DNA of 64,000 bases from Ascidiella aspersa (lineage: Eukaryota), in NCBI GenBank assembly GCA_963924565.1, contig OZ004613.1:24490001-24554000 (forward strand). Direction: 5' to 3'. This document shows, piece by piece, positions 26,601 through 40,700 of this stretch; within the stretch, counting starts at the first letter, position 1; every line of letters starts with the position of its first letter. Under the pieces are notes generated by a model. The model made no database searches, had not been told where the DNA came from, and saw nothing but the letters and a program-made list of their open reading frames with translations. Position numbers and translations under genes: made by a program.

Positions 26601-28194
26601 ATAATTCATCCACCCACAACACATGATTGGAAAATAATCCACCATATGTTATTTCATCTTTACACTTTGAAGTTTGCGGTCTTATCAGCTTCAAAATTTG
26701 GTACTGAGCATGCGAACGTCGGACTCTGGACTAGGGTGAAATTACGTATAGCCTTACTCGAGTCCCGTATGTCTTGTGTTACTCTGCAGTCCTGGTTTAC
26801 ACAATTAGCAAGTTCCAAACCGGTTTGTCTTTTGGCATAACCTGAAAATACCACTGAAAATTGTTTGAATAAGACCTCTACAGGTATTAGTCAATACATG
26901 CCTACCCTTTCATCAGTTGTCATGTACAGTAGGCTAAAACTTGAGTATATCTATGCGGTAGACGTTAAAATTTGTTGTTGAAGCTTATTTTTAGGTAGCA
27001 CATCCTGTATGTAATGTGTCATTTTCTAAATTAAAATATAAATAATAAACTTAGACTGATAACAATGTACCCCAATATTAAACACCTTCTACGAAACCAA
27101 CCCTTATTTTCCCTAAACGGTGTATCTTTATGGAATACAATCCTAATTTCAACGTATTACGCGCATCTCTACTCCAGGTAAACCGGCAACTCGATGAAGA
27201 AGTGTCCACCTCCAAGAGCGAGCAAACGCGGAAGATCGTCCTGGAGCGCGATCGGATCCTCGCCGAGATCCTCTCAGAAAACCGGGTCCTCCGGAAGCTC
27301 AAGGATCGTCTCCTCGCCATGGAGCGCATTAAGAAGATCCTGGAGGCGGATCGGGCTCTTCTCGTCAACTTGAGAGGGATGCTGGACACGATCTTGGCCG
27401 AAGTCATCCGAATGGAGGCCGCTGAAATGGAGGAAGGCGAGTTGGATAGAAGATTCGGGAGCAGGAGCCGCAGGAGCATTGAAGAGGAAGAGAAATTGAA
27501 GATTATTAGCCGCAACAAAGCGCGGAGAAGTCCGAGTTTCCAAGCGGAGTCAATCGACCCTTTGCGCTTGCGACCCAGTGTAAGTTCCCAGGAGGAAGGC
27601 GAAGAGCAAACGACGGCCAACCCCCCAAACAGCGACGGGGCCGGGGGAAGTCCCGCTGTCAATTCTTCTCTTGAGTCGTCTTCATTAACAACCGCCTCCG
27701 CTTTGACACTAAACTCAACCATGTCGATTCTAAAACCAGCTGCAATAACAACAACCACACCGATGAAGACCAAGGCCTCAAAAACGCCGCGACCTTGCGA
27801 CTTTTCCGCCTGGGAACGCTATGTCGCGACATTTGTGCGGCGAAGGGACCTCACCAAAATCGACCTTGGCGACCTCATGTCGCCTGTCGCGGGCGACACG
27901 CGCGACAATTTGACCCCGACGCGGTCAAGGGTTGAGCGTAGCTTTTTTGCGAACCGTTTTGGTGGCTGGTCGCTTTTAAACGATCGCGTGACGCCGCCGG
28001 TTCGCCACCGACGCAACGTTTCGGCGCGACAGGAGAACGCAACGCGACACGTTTTCGTGTCGCAGCGACTGGAAATGTCGCGCCAGTTTCGGGCAAGAGC
28101 TTTCAAGTGGCTCGATTCGGTGGGCCGCAATTTTGACCGAAATGCGTTAAGGGAAAGAGTTCTGCCGCTGCTGCGAAAAAGTCAAATCAAATGA
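20692..28194 (+). CDS. Uncharacterised secreted protein (~606 aa): signal peptide, Pro-rich linker, galaxin-like di-cysteine repeats, coiled coils, S/T-rich linker, multiple furin-type sites
   Basis: Exons 20692-20812, 21449-21638, 23505-23621, 24928-25060, 26109-26351, 27178-28194; all GT-AG with intron phases 1,2,2,0,0; total 1821 nt. N-terminus MHGQKWTLLSLVLLAAATFQAVFC is hydrophobic. Cys region: HCCGGRPFNSDLSLCCLGKVLSQTHRKCCLDG...RCRCYP. The last exon corresponds to ORF 27130..28194. Confidence 0.8.
23657..24005. mobile_element. MITE, same CCGATA-rich family as 51805-52175
   Basis: Starts TAGGGATG...GATATCGGATCGCTGCCGATACCCG and ends TATCGGACATCTCTA. Confidence 0.65.
24702..24830 (+). 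mobile_element. tRNA-derived SINE copy
   Basis: Pol III A-box TAGCTCAGTTGTTAG and B-box GAGTTCGAAC, followed by a non-tRNA tail (CTTGCATCATTCATCAACAGAT) shared with the copy at 25743. Confidence 0.7.
25743..25895 (+). mobile_element. tRNA-derived SINE copy
   Basis: GAGCCTGTGTGGCCCAGCTTGTAAAG...GAGTTCGACCC followed by CTTGCATCATTGATCAACAGAT; homologous to the copy at 24702. Confidence 0.7.
26397..26794. mobile_element. hAT-type MITE (GAGTCGG-repeat family), inverted relative to the copy at 47463
   Basis: GAGTCG/CGACTC subterminal repeats; TSD GTTTACGC vs GTTTACAC (7/8); interior resembles the reverse complement of 47463-47875. Confidence 0.75.
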
Positions 28195-30324
28195 TCTTGA
28201 TATTCACATTTCCGGGTCACAATTGCCCAAGCTTAGACGCCGATAGAGGGTTAAAGGTGTTATGATTTGGTCGTTTCACCAAGTTACACTTTTTGTGGCG
28301 ATATTAGGCAAGGAACAATGAAACGTGCAAAACGCTTAGGGTGAAATACTCTAATTGCGCCCAGAAGAGCAAAACGTAGTGTTGTTATTTGAAGCTTACC
28401 ATAAAGCAGACCGATATGTCGGACAATTTGAATCCAAACTATAAAAACCACCTTTTTTATTGGGCCAGAGTTTGAGTTTTGCGAAATAAGCTGAGAAATT
28501 GCCTTCAAACTATAAATAGCGGAATGAACGGATCTAAAGAGAACCGTAATAGGGCACAATAGATACAGAAAAAGCTCGACCTAGTTTTCATATTTGTTCT
28601 GAGCGGATTAAGCAGTAAACTGAGCCGGCGCTGGGCCTTTCTAACCTCAACTGGTCGTGCCTGGTGCAGTTTGATCGGCTCGTATATATGGGCAGGTATT
28701 TAGCGCAACTGCCGTCTGCGAATGCCGGTTGTTGATGCTAACTTGCGATGGTTAAGCAGCGCAACACAGGCTAAACAAACCGGTTCATCCGGTTATCGAG
28801 ATCCTTGTATACCGCTCGCTCTCGCAGATTCTCACGTCTGGCATTGTTTCGAAAATCGGTGAAAACCATATTAACGTAAGCCGTCGTTAATAAAAAAAAA
28901 ACGATTTTCGCCGGTTTCTGGAAGTTCGCGAAAATCGGATTTCGTTTCAGTAAAACTCATTCCGTTTTTCAACGTATTGTAACGCGTCTCGGGCGTTAAT
29001 CTTCACTTGAGTTACTGAGTACTAAAACGCCGTCGCCAAACTCTATACCTCAAGCCAAACCGACATGCTCCCGCTCTACAGCTATTAGCAATCCTGCGCT
29101 TAAAGCACCGAGAGGTATTATGCAAAACCTCTAACGCTTTGTGTTGGTTGCCGCTATGCAAAAGTATTTCGTTGTGCGAATTGCCAATATGCCACTAAAC
29201 ACTAATACACTTTGCATTTTCTGCGCGTTGGCAATCTTTCGTTCGTGAATCTATGCGTTTCTCGTCCACCACTCACTAGTTCTGGCCAATATGTCGATCG
29301 TAGTTTACAGCTTTTCAAAGGTATAGTTTAAAGGGAATTGTTGAATCAGTAGTTTGCTTTACAAGTGACAGTTCAGTACTATGTATTGTTACGGTTGTGC
29401 GAAATCTTGTTTCTACAAATTACAATTTCATTTGAAACCTTGGCACTTATTTGCATTCAAAGAGTTTGGATTTTACCCCAGATTTGTGCCGTTTTTGTGA
29501 AAGTGTGCCCTATTCCTTAAAAAAACACAAATATGATCGAGGTATAATTGTTGGATCCTTGTGAAAAAGAATTTTTAATTGTCGACTTCAAATGCACTGT
29601 CAAAATGTCTGACAAGTTGTTCAAGTTTTCGAAGGCTGAAAATGGTCTTAATTTAAGTTCTATCCATGAGCATTTTTTGCATGGCTCCTTCATTCTAATG
29701 TTTCGTGCTGTGCTTCAGCTATAATACTAATACTTCTGATCCATACTCCAATTGTCTTGTCGTAATTCAAACGGCGCATCGTCGAAGACATCTTGTCAAT
29801 TATTTAACGAGGTTTAATTCTCCTTTAATACTAAAATAAATTTATCTTGTACTCTTGTTTTCCACTACTTCAGACGGCGACCCAATTTTTAGGTGAGAAC
29901 CATAGGCTGAAAAACACTGGCCTACAATAACAAACGGACTTAATTAACACACCATTGAATTATGCATAAAATGTTTCGTTTATTAAATAATAGTTTCAGT
30001 TATTTTACTTGGTACTAAACGCGTATCACTTTTTTTAAGATTAGGTATGCGATATACTTTAAGTAAATAAATAGAAGTTGCGCCGTTCTCGTATGTTTTG
30101 CAACAGATTTTTTGCTTTTAGATGCCAATAGTCGAAATCCAACAAAAACTGTAGCCGATGTTTTGCGAATTTTTGACACTTCAAATCGTAAATCTACATT
30201 TCCATTTGAAGTTGCGAGATAACTCCAACACAATTGCTACAGCAAGTGTTTCAAGTGCCTTGTAGTTCAGTGTCGCGATCTGTATTGCACGCGCGGGCAT
30301 GAGATAGCAACAAACAATAGGAGT

Positions 30325-30776
30325 CAGTGTTGTAATGACATTAATGACCTGTTTTCAATTGTTTGGGGAAAAATGACTTGACTTCAATAAAAATATAAAA
30401 GCCATAATAATTGATCTTTATATTTTTACTTGAATGGCTTTTATATTTTTATTGAAGTTACTAAAAAACCCGTGACTTGACTTGATTTAAGTGTTTTATA
30501 CAAATGGCTAAGCATAAAATAAAATGTTTTCATTGGGCAGTTTTTTATCAAATTGAGTTGCTTATCTTAATTTTGCACGTAAAACAATTTGCTTGCTACA
30601 GCCTATGTTACGTTTACGTTATTTTTGAGGTTTGCTCATAATAATCGGAAAGCTTTTCCTAGTTTACGGTTAGATTTTTATAAAAATGGCTGGTCTTAGA
30701 TTGACTCTAACTTGGGTTGTTAAAAAATGATGACTTGAATTTAAGTTTTTTACAAATTACTTCGTTTACAACAGTG
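30325..30776. mobile_element. MITE-like element with TGACT/AAGTC subterminal repeats
   Basis: Ends CAGTGTTGTAA / TTACAACAGTG with many TGACTTG units. Related AAGTCAAGTC arrays at ~11090-11532, ~31185-31312 and ~61465-61535. Confidence 0.55.
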
Positions 30777-31704
30777 GGTAGACTATAAGGAATGTGTATA
30801 GGAACAATACGTTGTATTGGTGAAACATATTTGACCTTAGCCGTTCTGCTGGAAGAAAAAACATTCTCACATTACGAGGTTTTCCATTAATTCCATGTTG
30901 GTTCGATTTTTCTTAATAAATATTTCATAAAGATTGTGTTGTTGCCCTTAGCTTTGAATATACATCACATTTACTTAAGATTTATCAAGTTAGTGACGTG
31001 CCTAATAATTTCAGATAAAACGAGTTTATCCAATACATGATGTTGAAAATGAATAAAGAGATGAAACATTCAAAATGAAACCTACCTCTGTATGGGCTTT
31101 GATATTCTTATTATACATCATACTACAACCTCTAGCCTTTATGTTTCAAAGCAGGATTTGCTTTTTTATGCTGAAGTCTTGCCTTCGACTTGACATGTCA
31201 CTGATTAAGTCAGGCAACTCGTTACTCGAAATTTACTTGATTTATTATAATAAACTGGAGTAGATTATAATACACTTGATTCGTGATCGGACTTGATTTG
31301 TTCACAACACTGTTTCTAACAGAACCATTTTATTCGCCTCTATATCAAGCGAGAAAAAAGCACACGTCCAAAATTTGGGATGAAAAACAATTAACGCCGG
31401 GTGACCTATGACCGCCAGCATAATAAGCTCCGCTCAAAAATCGGACGATTCTAAAACTCTCCGGAACTGCATTACGGCAAAATCAATAAATCACTTAATG
31501 TTTACAACGAAATGTAAAATGATTGTTTGCAAAATTAAATAAAGGCGAAATAGATCAATACTAGCCCCTAAATTTATTTACATTCAAATAGCTTTGTACA
31601 TGCTCCAAATAGCGTACAATACAAGTTCAGCAAAACCAAAAAATTATCTCTTTTCGACTGATGTCCTCTGTAGCACAAGCAGACGCGGTAATAAGGGTCT
31701 TTAT

Positions 31705-34700
31705 TTAGATTTTCCCTTTCGCCCAAACGATCGTGGTTGGTCCTTTGACGTCATCAATGTGACATCTCACCCTTCCGCTTCCGAGGTCGATGATGTCGAC
31801 TCCGTTGAGTCCTGAGACCGCTAGGTGGCGATCGTACCTAAACATATTTTTGTTAAAGGGGACATTTAAGTTTATAATACAAAAAACTACAGTCAATTAT
31901 GTATAGTCTTGTTACTTCAAGTACAACCAACTAGACGCGAAAGCAAGCACGTGAATGTCTGCATTTCAGAATTATCGTTTACGTGATATTGTGGCAAACC
32001 TGGACAGTACAATCCTTGTTTTTTCTGAAAAAAATCATCTCTGCCATTCCTAGTCTTAAAAAAATACCTATTTATAGGGGACATATTGCGTAGTGAAAAA
32101 AGCTATAAAAACCCACTAGAGTTCATTATACAAATAACAAACGCACGTTGAAACAAATTTTAGAATTAATCATTGGCACGTCTTCAACTTTCTATTTAAA
32201 TATTAGATAGAAGGGTTGCCTTTTGGTATGTCAAAAAGTAACGCTTGAATATTTATGTCAAAAAGTAACGTTTGAATTTACGTAATTGACCGACTTTAAG
32301 GCAAAACGGTCGAAACGGTTGTTGTCGGTACCATATTACTGGTTTGAAGAAAAAAAGGAAACGACTCTTCAGTTTAAAAAAGTGAATGACATCGCAGTTT
32401 CTTAAAATAGTTCAAAGGAACATGTAGTGAAGTACCATTTCAACAATAATCAAAAACAGCTCTTCTGGTAATTGTAATTGTTAACAAATGTTTCGGCAGC
32501 CTATTCTAATCGACTTCTTCAGGTTGAATAACACCGAACGCTCGTAGTAGAATATATATTTTTCCATATATTGGTTAAAAACAATTACCATATATGAGCT
32601 GTTTTAAATATTATTATTATACTTGGTAGCAACAGTTTGTAAACATTTCAACACTTCAATAGCGTTCGACTTACCAGCCACTGGAAACCAGTGCTCTGTT
32701 CTTTGGCCCCCAGGGATAGTCAGGCGCAGGTACAGGTGAAGATAGGTTGTTGATGATGCCCATGAACCCACTTGCACCCATGCGCATGATGTCGCCTGTT
32801 AAATAAAAACTCGTTGTAACCATTTTTGCGCTTCAATGCATCAAATATACTTTTATGGTAGGCCTACACGTTTTCTCCATAGAAACCGAATAGACGTAAT
32901 ATATTTGCACAGCGCGCGATTTACTTGGCTTCAGTATTAATTGCACACCAGTTCCTTCGAAAATAGTACGTTTCTTAAGATTACTTAAATAGTGACATAA
33001 CTTGGGAATTTAAATTTAGGATTTCTCGGTGTCCCTTCCCCCAAAACAATATTCTCAATCCAGCCTTGCAAAATTGCTCCGCTTTAAAAAACGACGCGCC
33101 AACATACAGTTGGACCACGCTGGTTGAGACAAAACAAAACGCAGGTTGACCTTTCCTATTTTATTCTTCAAAAGCAAATGAAATATTATTTTGTCTCACT
33201 TAAATAATTTCAGCTATTTTTTATTCCCTTCGAATAATAATTAGTAAACGTGAGTAACTTGTACATTTAGAGTATAACTGTTTGTACAACATTTCAACTA
33301 ATTTAAAAATAATCACAATAATAAAAAGCGACCAAAGCAAATTTTCGAAAAGGATATTAGCACGCACAACTTTGCAATATGTAGGCAGGTATTTAAGCAC
33401 GAGCACGTATCTTAATACTTAGTAATAGCTTATGACAATTGCTTAATTGGGAATGTTACGTCAAACATGAGGAAAACCATTACCATAACTGTTTATAGTT
33501 TCCATCTATTGTATCAGATTACAGTTACAAATCAATCGGATTCGAGCCGAATCCAAGTCTCACCTTCCGCCTGTGAGGAAATGTACACTAAGGCCGCTTG
33601 GCCATTTTTGTCGCCTGGCTCGAACGCGACATCCGACACAGGAAAGTTGGTGTACAGAACCTAAAAAAATAATTGTTTGTTACAAAACGCCGTAAAAGCG
33701 AGTAAATTTTGCATTTTCCTTCAAGTTTTTTTGACGAGATTTCCAACTGAGTCATTAAACAAATAAAACAAAATTTAAAATCAATATTTTTTCTGATTCT
33801 TATGACCCTAGCCTATTATATACGTACATCGCACAGGCAAAGTAAACAGCGAAAACTGACAACTTGTGGAAAATCAATAACAACAAGTAATAAACACCAG
33901 ATTTTCGCCTCATAACCAGTGCATTTATTAAAACAAAAAAATACAGCGCTGGCAAACGTCAAATTGGAAAGATATAAATCCAAGAAGCAAAGCAACAACT
34001 TCCTTACCACATCTTCGCGCAAATCTCCCGAAGCTGTGACGTTGAAGATTACGAGCTGCTGCTCCATGGGGAATGCCCTAACCACGTGTCGGTTGTCGGG
34101 AGAGATGAACTGACGAGCGAAGTCGCTTCCTGGAGTAGAAAACAGACTTTCGTTTACATTCTGATGCAACACCATTTTAAGCTTGTAGGCGAATTTTGTG
34201 CGGAAACCAGGACTCGGAATTCGTAATGGTCGAACTCGAGTTTATTTTTTCCGTCTGAGTGGGACTCTTGTTTTTAGCCTACTACGCAGCCCTGTCAGTA
34301 AATAATATACTTTCGTTATGTTTCTTTTAAAAGAGAACTTCCTGTTTTGGCTGTTGTTGTTGTTTTGGCTGTTGTTGTTAATGTTGTTGTTGTTTTGGCT
34401 GTTGTTGTTAATGTTGTTGTTGTTTGGGCTGTTTTTGCTAATGTTGTTGTTGTTTTGGCTGTTGTTGTCAATGTTATTGTTTTGACTGTTTTGGCTGTTA
34501 GTTATTTTCCTCTAAGCACTTGAGTTAACAGACTTTCTTTGCTTTCGAGAGTCTATTTTAACTACAGATGTCCCCTGTGACACCATAAAAGGACCACTTA
34601 TGGATGCTATTTTGATTGGACAGTATTTACTAGGACCACTGTAAGGTTAAATAGTGCTTAAAACAATAATAGAGTTTTCTCGAGATTAAAGCTTACATTT

Positions 34701-37700
34701 TTTACTCCAATTAAACAATTATTGCCCCTTTTTGACAACTTAAAAATAAAAATAAAAAAGTTTTCCTCTTACTCTGATTAGGAGGAACCACTCTGCCGCT
34801 TTCATACTCCACTGAAAGTGTTCGCGGGAAGTCCTCCTCCAAGATCACGCACGTGACGTGCAGGAGGCCTCCGATTGGCTGATATGAGAACGCCTCGGGC
34901 GTGCATCCGAACGGCGACAGATCGATTACGGCATCGTCGTAGACCAGGGTTGAAAGGTCAAGCTTTTGGATGGTCTGTTGCGATTGGATTTATGGTTAAC
35001 TTCTATATAGTTACGTTAAAACAGTTCAGTTAAGCCTTGAGGTGTCCGATCCTTTTTTATTACAATTGAATTTTATTACAATTGTCTATATTTTAGAAAC
35101 ATTAGTCAAAGACTGTTTGATTAGGTCAAAAGCAAAATAGGTAATTTTGAGACAAAAGGCCAATGTACCTAAGTTGCTAGGCGTCATTTGCTGATAAAAG
35201 TGCTGAGAAAATGAGTTTTCCTTTCATTTTCAGCTTGAATTAACGGCCACCTGAATTTGAAATTGAATCAGCATCGATAGTAACCGAGTATCGTTTGAGT
35301 ACTGACATTCGCTGTTTTATTTTTGCGGTAAAACTCGGAGTCCTTTTAAGACTTTATGCAACCAATGCCCCACTTTGAATATTTGTTGTGGGCCTAACAT
35401 AGGTTGCACCATATATTGGCGGCTTATTTTACCCTATTATATTTCAATGTAAAAGTTGTCAGCAAAAACTAGAAAATATTTTGTGTCGATTTCATGGATC
35501 AGTAATTGTGACATTGATTTAATATCACGGTTCAGGGTTTTCTGATATGCGCACTACATTGGTTTATTAAAAACAGGGAGGGGGACATCCATTGTCAAGT
35601 TTGTTTCTGGATCCATTACGTTCAAAAAGGCGGCATCAAATATTTATACCCTAGACCTGATTGATATCGACCTGGTTTGGCTTGCTCAAATGTTTCACAT
35701 AAACACATCACTTGAAGCTTGGTTCGCGGAATTTCGTATTAACGCTGATCCGGGTAATGGATATAATGGCTTGTATTGACGTTTCGAAACATTATATTGA
35801 CTTTTGGAAACAATATTGTGAATTGTTAAATTTGAATTACTTATTGAACTTATTGTTACGTATGTTGTTAAGAGCTGTCTGTCATCAAATCTTGGTGATT
35901 TAAAGTATATTTGAAACGAATATTAGTCTTTTTAAAACGAATTTTTAATTTAAATTGTCCGCAGTAAATCTTGCCAAGTCATATATAAAAACAGTGCATA
36001 TAAATGTGTTGGATTTTTCAATTATACAAGTCATTACAGAACTGAAAATTAACATATTGCGAAAACTTCTAAAATAACATATTTGGTAGCTTTTAAAATA
36101 TACATTAAGGGCATGCTTAAATATTCCGTGGAATCGCATTTTTTAACTTTCCCTCTTTTTAAAACTGAAAAATCCTTGTCCCCATGCAACTTTGTTGTTT
36201 TTATTGTTACTCGTTTCCAAAATAAAAGGAATATACTTCTTAACCCATAACAACTTGATAAGAGCGTTAATATATATATACAAATGTGTCTTTTTGGTTA
36301 AGTCGGCCCCTAAATAAATTTGCATTTAAAGGTTAAACCTCTAATTGTGCTGAATCGTTTTTATTCGGCCTATGGCAGGGATTCTTAAACTATGGTCTGT
36401 GAATCCATTGGTGGTCCGGGAACTAATGTTAGGGGGTCCATCAATGGCAAACTAGTGTATAAAAAGTAGTCAATGTTTTATAGAACAGTTGAATTAAAAA
36501 AAACGTTTTAGGGCCGAATGTAGTTAGGCTTCCCAATTTACCTAAATCATCAGCATATTTTTGTCTGTTCAATGCAACATGCACACATATGTGTGTTAAC
36601 AACTGAGATCTAGCCCTTCTAAAGTTAGGCTTCATTACATAGTTTTTGTACATATTTTTGTCTATTTGAATTGGAGGTGGTCATTTTTGAAAATTTGTTG
36701 CCTATCGTGGTCCACGAGTCAAACAAAAAAAATAAAGGGGTCCGTGATAAGAGAAGTTTAAAAAACCCTGCCTATGGGAAGAATTTTTAACTATAACTAT
36801 TTTAAAAGCAAAATCTTTGAGACCTTCCACTTTACTAACCTGTTGATTTTTGTGGGCCACAAACCCGTGATGCGATCTCGCGTTGGCAACGCCCTCTGGT
36901 GGCACGTAAAACTTCAACACCGAGTGGTCGGCCCTCTTACCGCCATCGAGCGGCTGAATTTGCACCGCCGAGTGGCTTCCGGGGACGCTGGCCGCGAAAA
37001 TCACTTGCAGGGTGGAATGGTCCCGGGACGCGTCCACCCAACAGAGAACGAACAGCTGAGAAAAAAATACATTGGTTGGAATGAACAGTTACATTTCATT
37101 TGTAGGGTTGAACGTTTAAGGCTGATAAACTCTGTGGCCAGCGGCACCCTTCAGAAATATTAAATAGATTGCGGCAGCCCTACAAGATTTTTCCGTAGGT
37201 AATTCACTAGAAGTCACAATAAACGGAACTGGAACAACACACATCAACTCTTAACAACGTAGTAAGTTATAATTGGATTTATTCCACTCTAATCTTACAC
37301 AAAAAGTTTAGGAGTTGAACAAAATCAGATTTTTTTATTTCAATTATCTCTCGGCACGCTTGAGCATTAGAAATGGCACTCCAGGGTGCCGCGGCACATC
37401 GGTTGAGAACCACTGGGTTAAGGCGTTGACTATATATAGCACAGGTTTGTTGCGGGTCTGAATCTGTATGCGCTTCTGAGAAGCAGTGGTTGTTTGGTCA
37501 TGCGTTTTGTCTTGTAATTGGGTTAACAAAAATCGAGACTAGAATGTGATTCAATTTCAGAAATTTGTAAAGTTTAGAGCTTTTTCCTAGGATGCCTTTA
37601 TTGAGGCCTTTCTTGGCAGTTGTAGCAAATTTCGTTATGGGTGATGCTTCACATTTCAGACTTATTGTTGGTATGATTGCTCTCCATCTGATGAGTTTAT

Positions 37701-40700
37701 TAGTATTCCTATTATATATTATTTGTTTCTTATGTACATAGGCGAAATCCACTGTTTTAACAGTACACTGATAAATTATATCCACCTACACTGCAGCCCT
37801 AGAATATCCTAATAAAAATGTAGACACAAAAAAAAACATATCAAATCTAAAAAGAAAGATTATTTTAAATATATATATATATATATATTAATATCAATTT
37901 AGCGGAAAATGTTGTATTTTGTGATATGCTACCGAACGTTTCACCGCTATAGCTTATCGTTAAAATGCTTTTGTTTTAAAAATACGGCTAAGTACAGTTT
38001 AAACCCAATGAGCACAAACCTGGTCGGATGAGGCCACGTAAACGAAGCTTGCCGGGATCGGGTCGGTGGCTATTACTTCCACCACCCTTTGGAGGATCGC
38101 GTCCACGACAATAATGCGATTCTCTTTAGGCTGTGTGACGTAAACAAAACGAGCGCCAACCGAAACGGCCGACGACCACGAGCACTCGCGCACGCCGTCT
38201 AGCGGATTTTCGCTACACAGGTTGTTCTGCGTAAAAGATTGAGTGTGAGTTTGGTGTTGATAGTTTAACGAAAGGCGTTGACTGAATTGTGGCATTGCAG
38301 AGTCAGTCGCTCACAAATAATTATTTAAAATTATTTGAAGAATGTCATGAAGAATAGGATATTTATATTACATCAGCTCATTGGTTTTCAGTCAATAGAA
38401 GACAATTTACCACGTTCAGAGTTGACGACTGCCTCTCTCTTTTTTCAAACTTAGCGCATTAACTTTGTTTTTATTAGACAAATAAATAGACAAGTGAAGA
38501 ATGTCAATAATAACTTATTGGTATAAGGCATTTGCCAAATTTAAGCGTAACCGCTGTATATTTTGCCAATTCAAGAGTAACCGCTAAATAGTTTATCGCT
38601 TGGTAATTTTATTGTTAAAACAGCGATAGTGTCAATTGAAATAAAAGCCTTATTTGCTACATTATAACACATTACTGAGCTTCTTAATGTTAATATGCGT
38701 TGTACATTCCGCCAAACAAAAACGCTTTAAAAAAACGTTTCTCATAAAGCAATAGTCGGAGGAGAGTAAATAGGTCTAGTAAAAAAATCAATCCTGTTGA
38801 AATGGCTGCTTTTAGGCCAACATTGGTCATGGAACAAGTATTGTAACTAAAAACGCCATTGGACAAAGAAGCTTATTTGACTAGATCAGATTACAGCTTA
38901 ATCACAAATAATATTAGAATTATTTTCTAATTTTTTGAACCAGATAACTCGAATTATTCAGTTGTCAAAGTCTGGCGTATGCACGCAGTACAATACGACG
39001 ATTAAAGCAAACCGACCTGACGCAGTAATCCCGGCACGACCTCAGATGCTATCACGTGACGAACGACCTCGCACGACCTCGGCGTGACGATTAGGATCCC
39101 GGCATCGTGAAAAACGAAGTACGCCCCAGCGGTGGCGGCTCGCTGCTGATCGATCGCTGAAATTCGCCAAAGAATAGAAATCGAATCGGGTGAAAAACTG
39201 CGAGTAATGGCCTCTCGCGCGACTGCGAGGCTCCGTCCACGTACAAATTAAAATCGATCTTGTTTTCTTATAAATTGTTTGTTGCGTCGCGTTCGCTTTG
39301 AATTAGACCCAAGTCGGAATGACGGAGTGCTGCCCTGATGGACAAACGAGAGCACTTAGAGTGTTATTCTGCTGCGAGTCCAATTGCTAATGATCGAAAT
39401 TCACCCTTGGCATTTAGCCTAACTGTGTCTTAAGTACGGTCAATGTTTTTTTGCTGCGTTTGGGGACTTAAACATTGATTAGTGCCGAATGGAGACCAGT
39501 TGCTGGTGTCCAAACCTTGAACAAGAGCCGTGCAAGGCAAGATAGCTCATTGGGCGTATACGTCTAAACATGTTGTCAAGGGAAAACCTTTTTTTTCCTA
39601 ATCATATTTAGGAGGGCCTAATGCAAATTGATTTTTACTGTCTATTCTTGGCGTTTAAATTTTTCTCATTGTTCCAAGCTCGTAAGCAAATAATTTAAAG
39701 GGCTTTTATTTAGTTGCATAGAAATTAGTTTTATTGGCAACTAACATTCTCGTAAACTAAATAGCCTTCCTTTAAAAGTTATATACAACACTAGTTATTA
39801 TCAACTTATTTCGGTGGGGGGGGGTTCATCTTTGTAAAGCCTAAGAAAATACACAAGATTGCTTTTTAATTTTGGTCATTTTAATGGCCGCTTGCAGCTG
39901 TCTTGGTTGCACAAATGATTTTTTTTGCAGCAGGCAATCGAAACAATTCCGCTGACTCCTAAATTTAAAACTGACTGGCTCCAGTGACTATACGTCAGTG
40001 TCTCATTGGAACAATACACAAATATAATTGGCTGTCCTTACCGCGGTCTTACAATGGTCATGTCAAACGGTATAATATAAATAATTATTGCGTTATTACA
40101 AGACGTGTTCGCAGTTGGTTTGCTACATTTGTTCACCTAGAGATGTGGTTCTTAACCTTGATTGAGTTGTGACCCTCTTTAAAAGGCTCTCAACGCTCTG
40201 TGCCCCGCACTTAGATGAGGGATGAAATTTTCGTATATCGGTATTAGTTTGCAAACGAATCCAATAAGATTATTTCTGTATTTCTCCCACACCGACTATC
40301 ATCCATTTCCGTCAAGACACGCGTTTAATGTGTTGAGTAACTTTTAGCAAGTTACAACGTAATCGGAGTACACACCTGGTGTGTCTGCTTGATCGTCTGC
40401 TTCCTCCACGAAAACGGCTCCAATCACTTCGGCGTTGCCGCCATCGTTGGTGGCAAAGCAGCTGTAGGCCGCACTGTCGGTCACTTCCACGCTGTTAATC
40501 TGTATTTCCGTGTTGTTTGCTGAAAAAGAGAATATAACGAGGTTTCTTAAAGCTGTAAAAAACGCTATATATGCTTTACTATTTTCACAACTGCGTATAG
40601 GTGTTGATTATTTTGCATTGCTAGTTTTTGTTCAGCTCTCTGCAAACTGGTGACACGCTTGTGATGACACCTCATAAAATTTACATGACACAGTGAAAAA

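Noticed and set aside
26352-27177. CAGGT at both junctions of this intron (and of FSTL intron 42355-41825) as further transposon-derived introns
   Set aside because: The match is only 5 bp, equal to the ordinary splice consensus, and the introns are not bounded by TIRs.
27078-27773. 231-aa antisense ORF (and the similar 193-aa ORF 46396..46977 on +)
   Set aside because: These are shadows of real coding exons on the opposite strand, with no independent splice or domain evidence.
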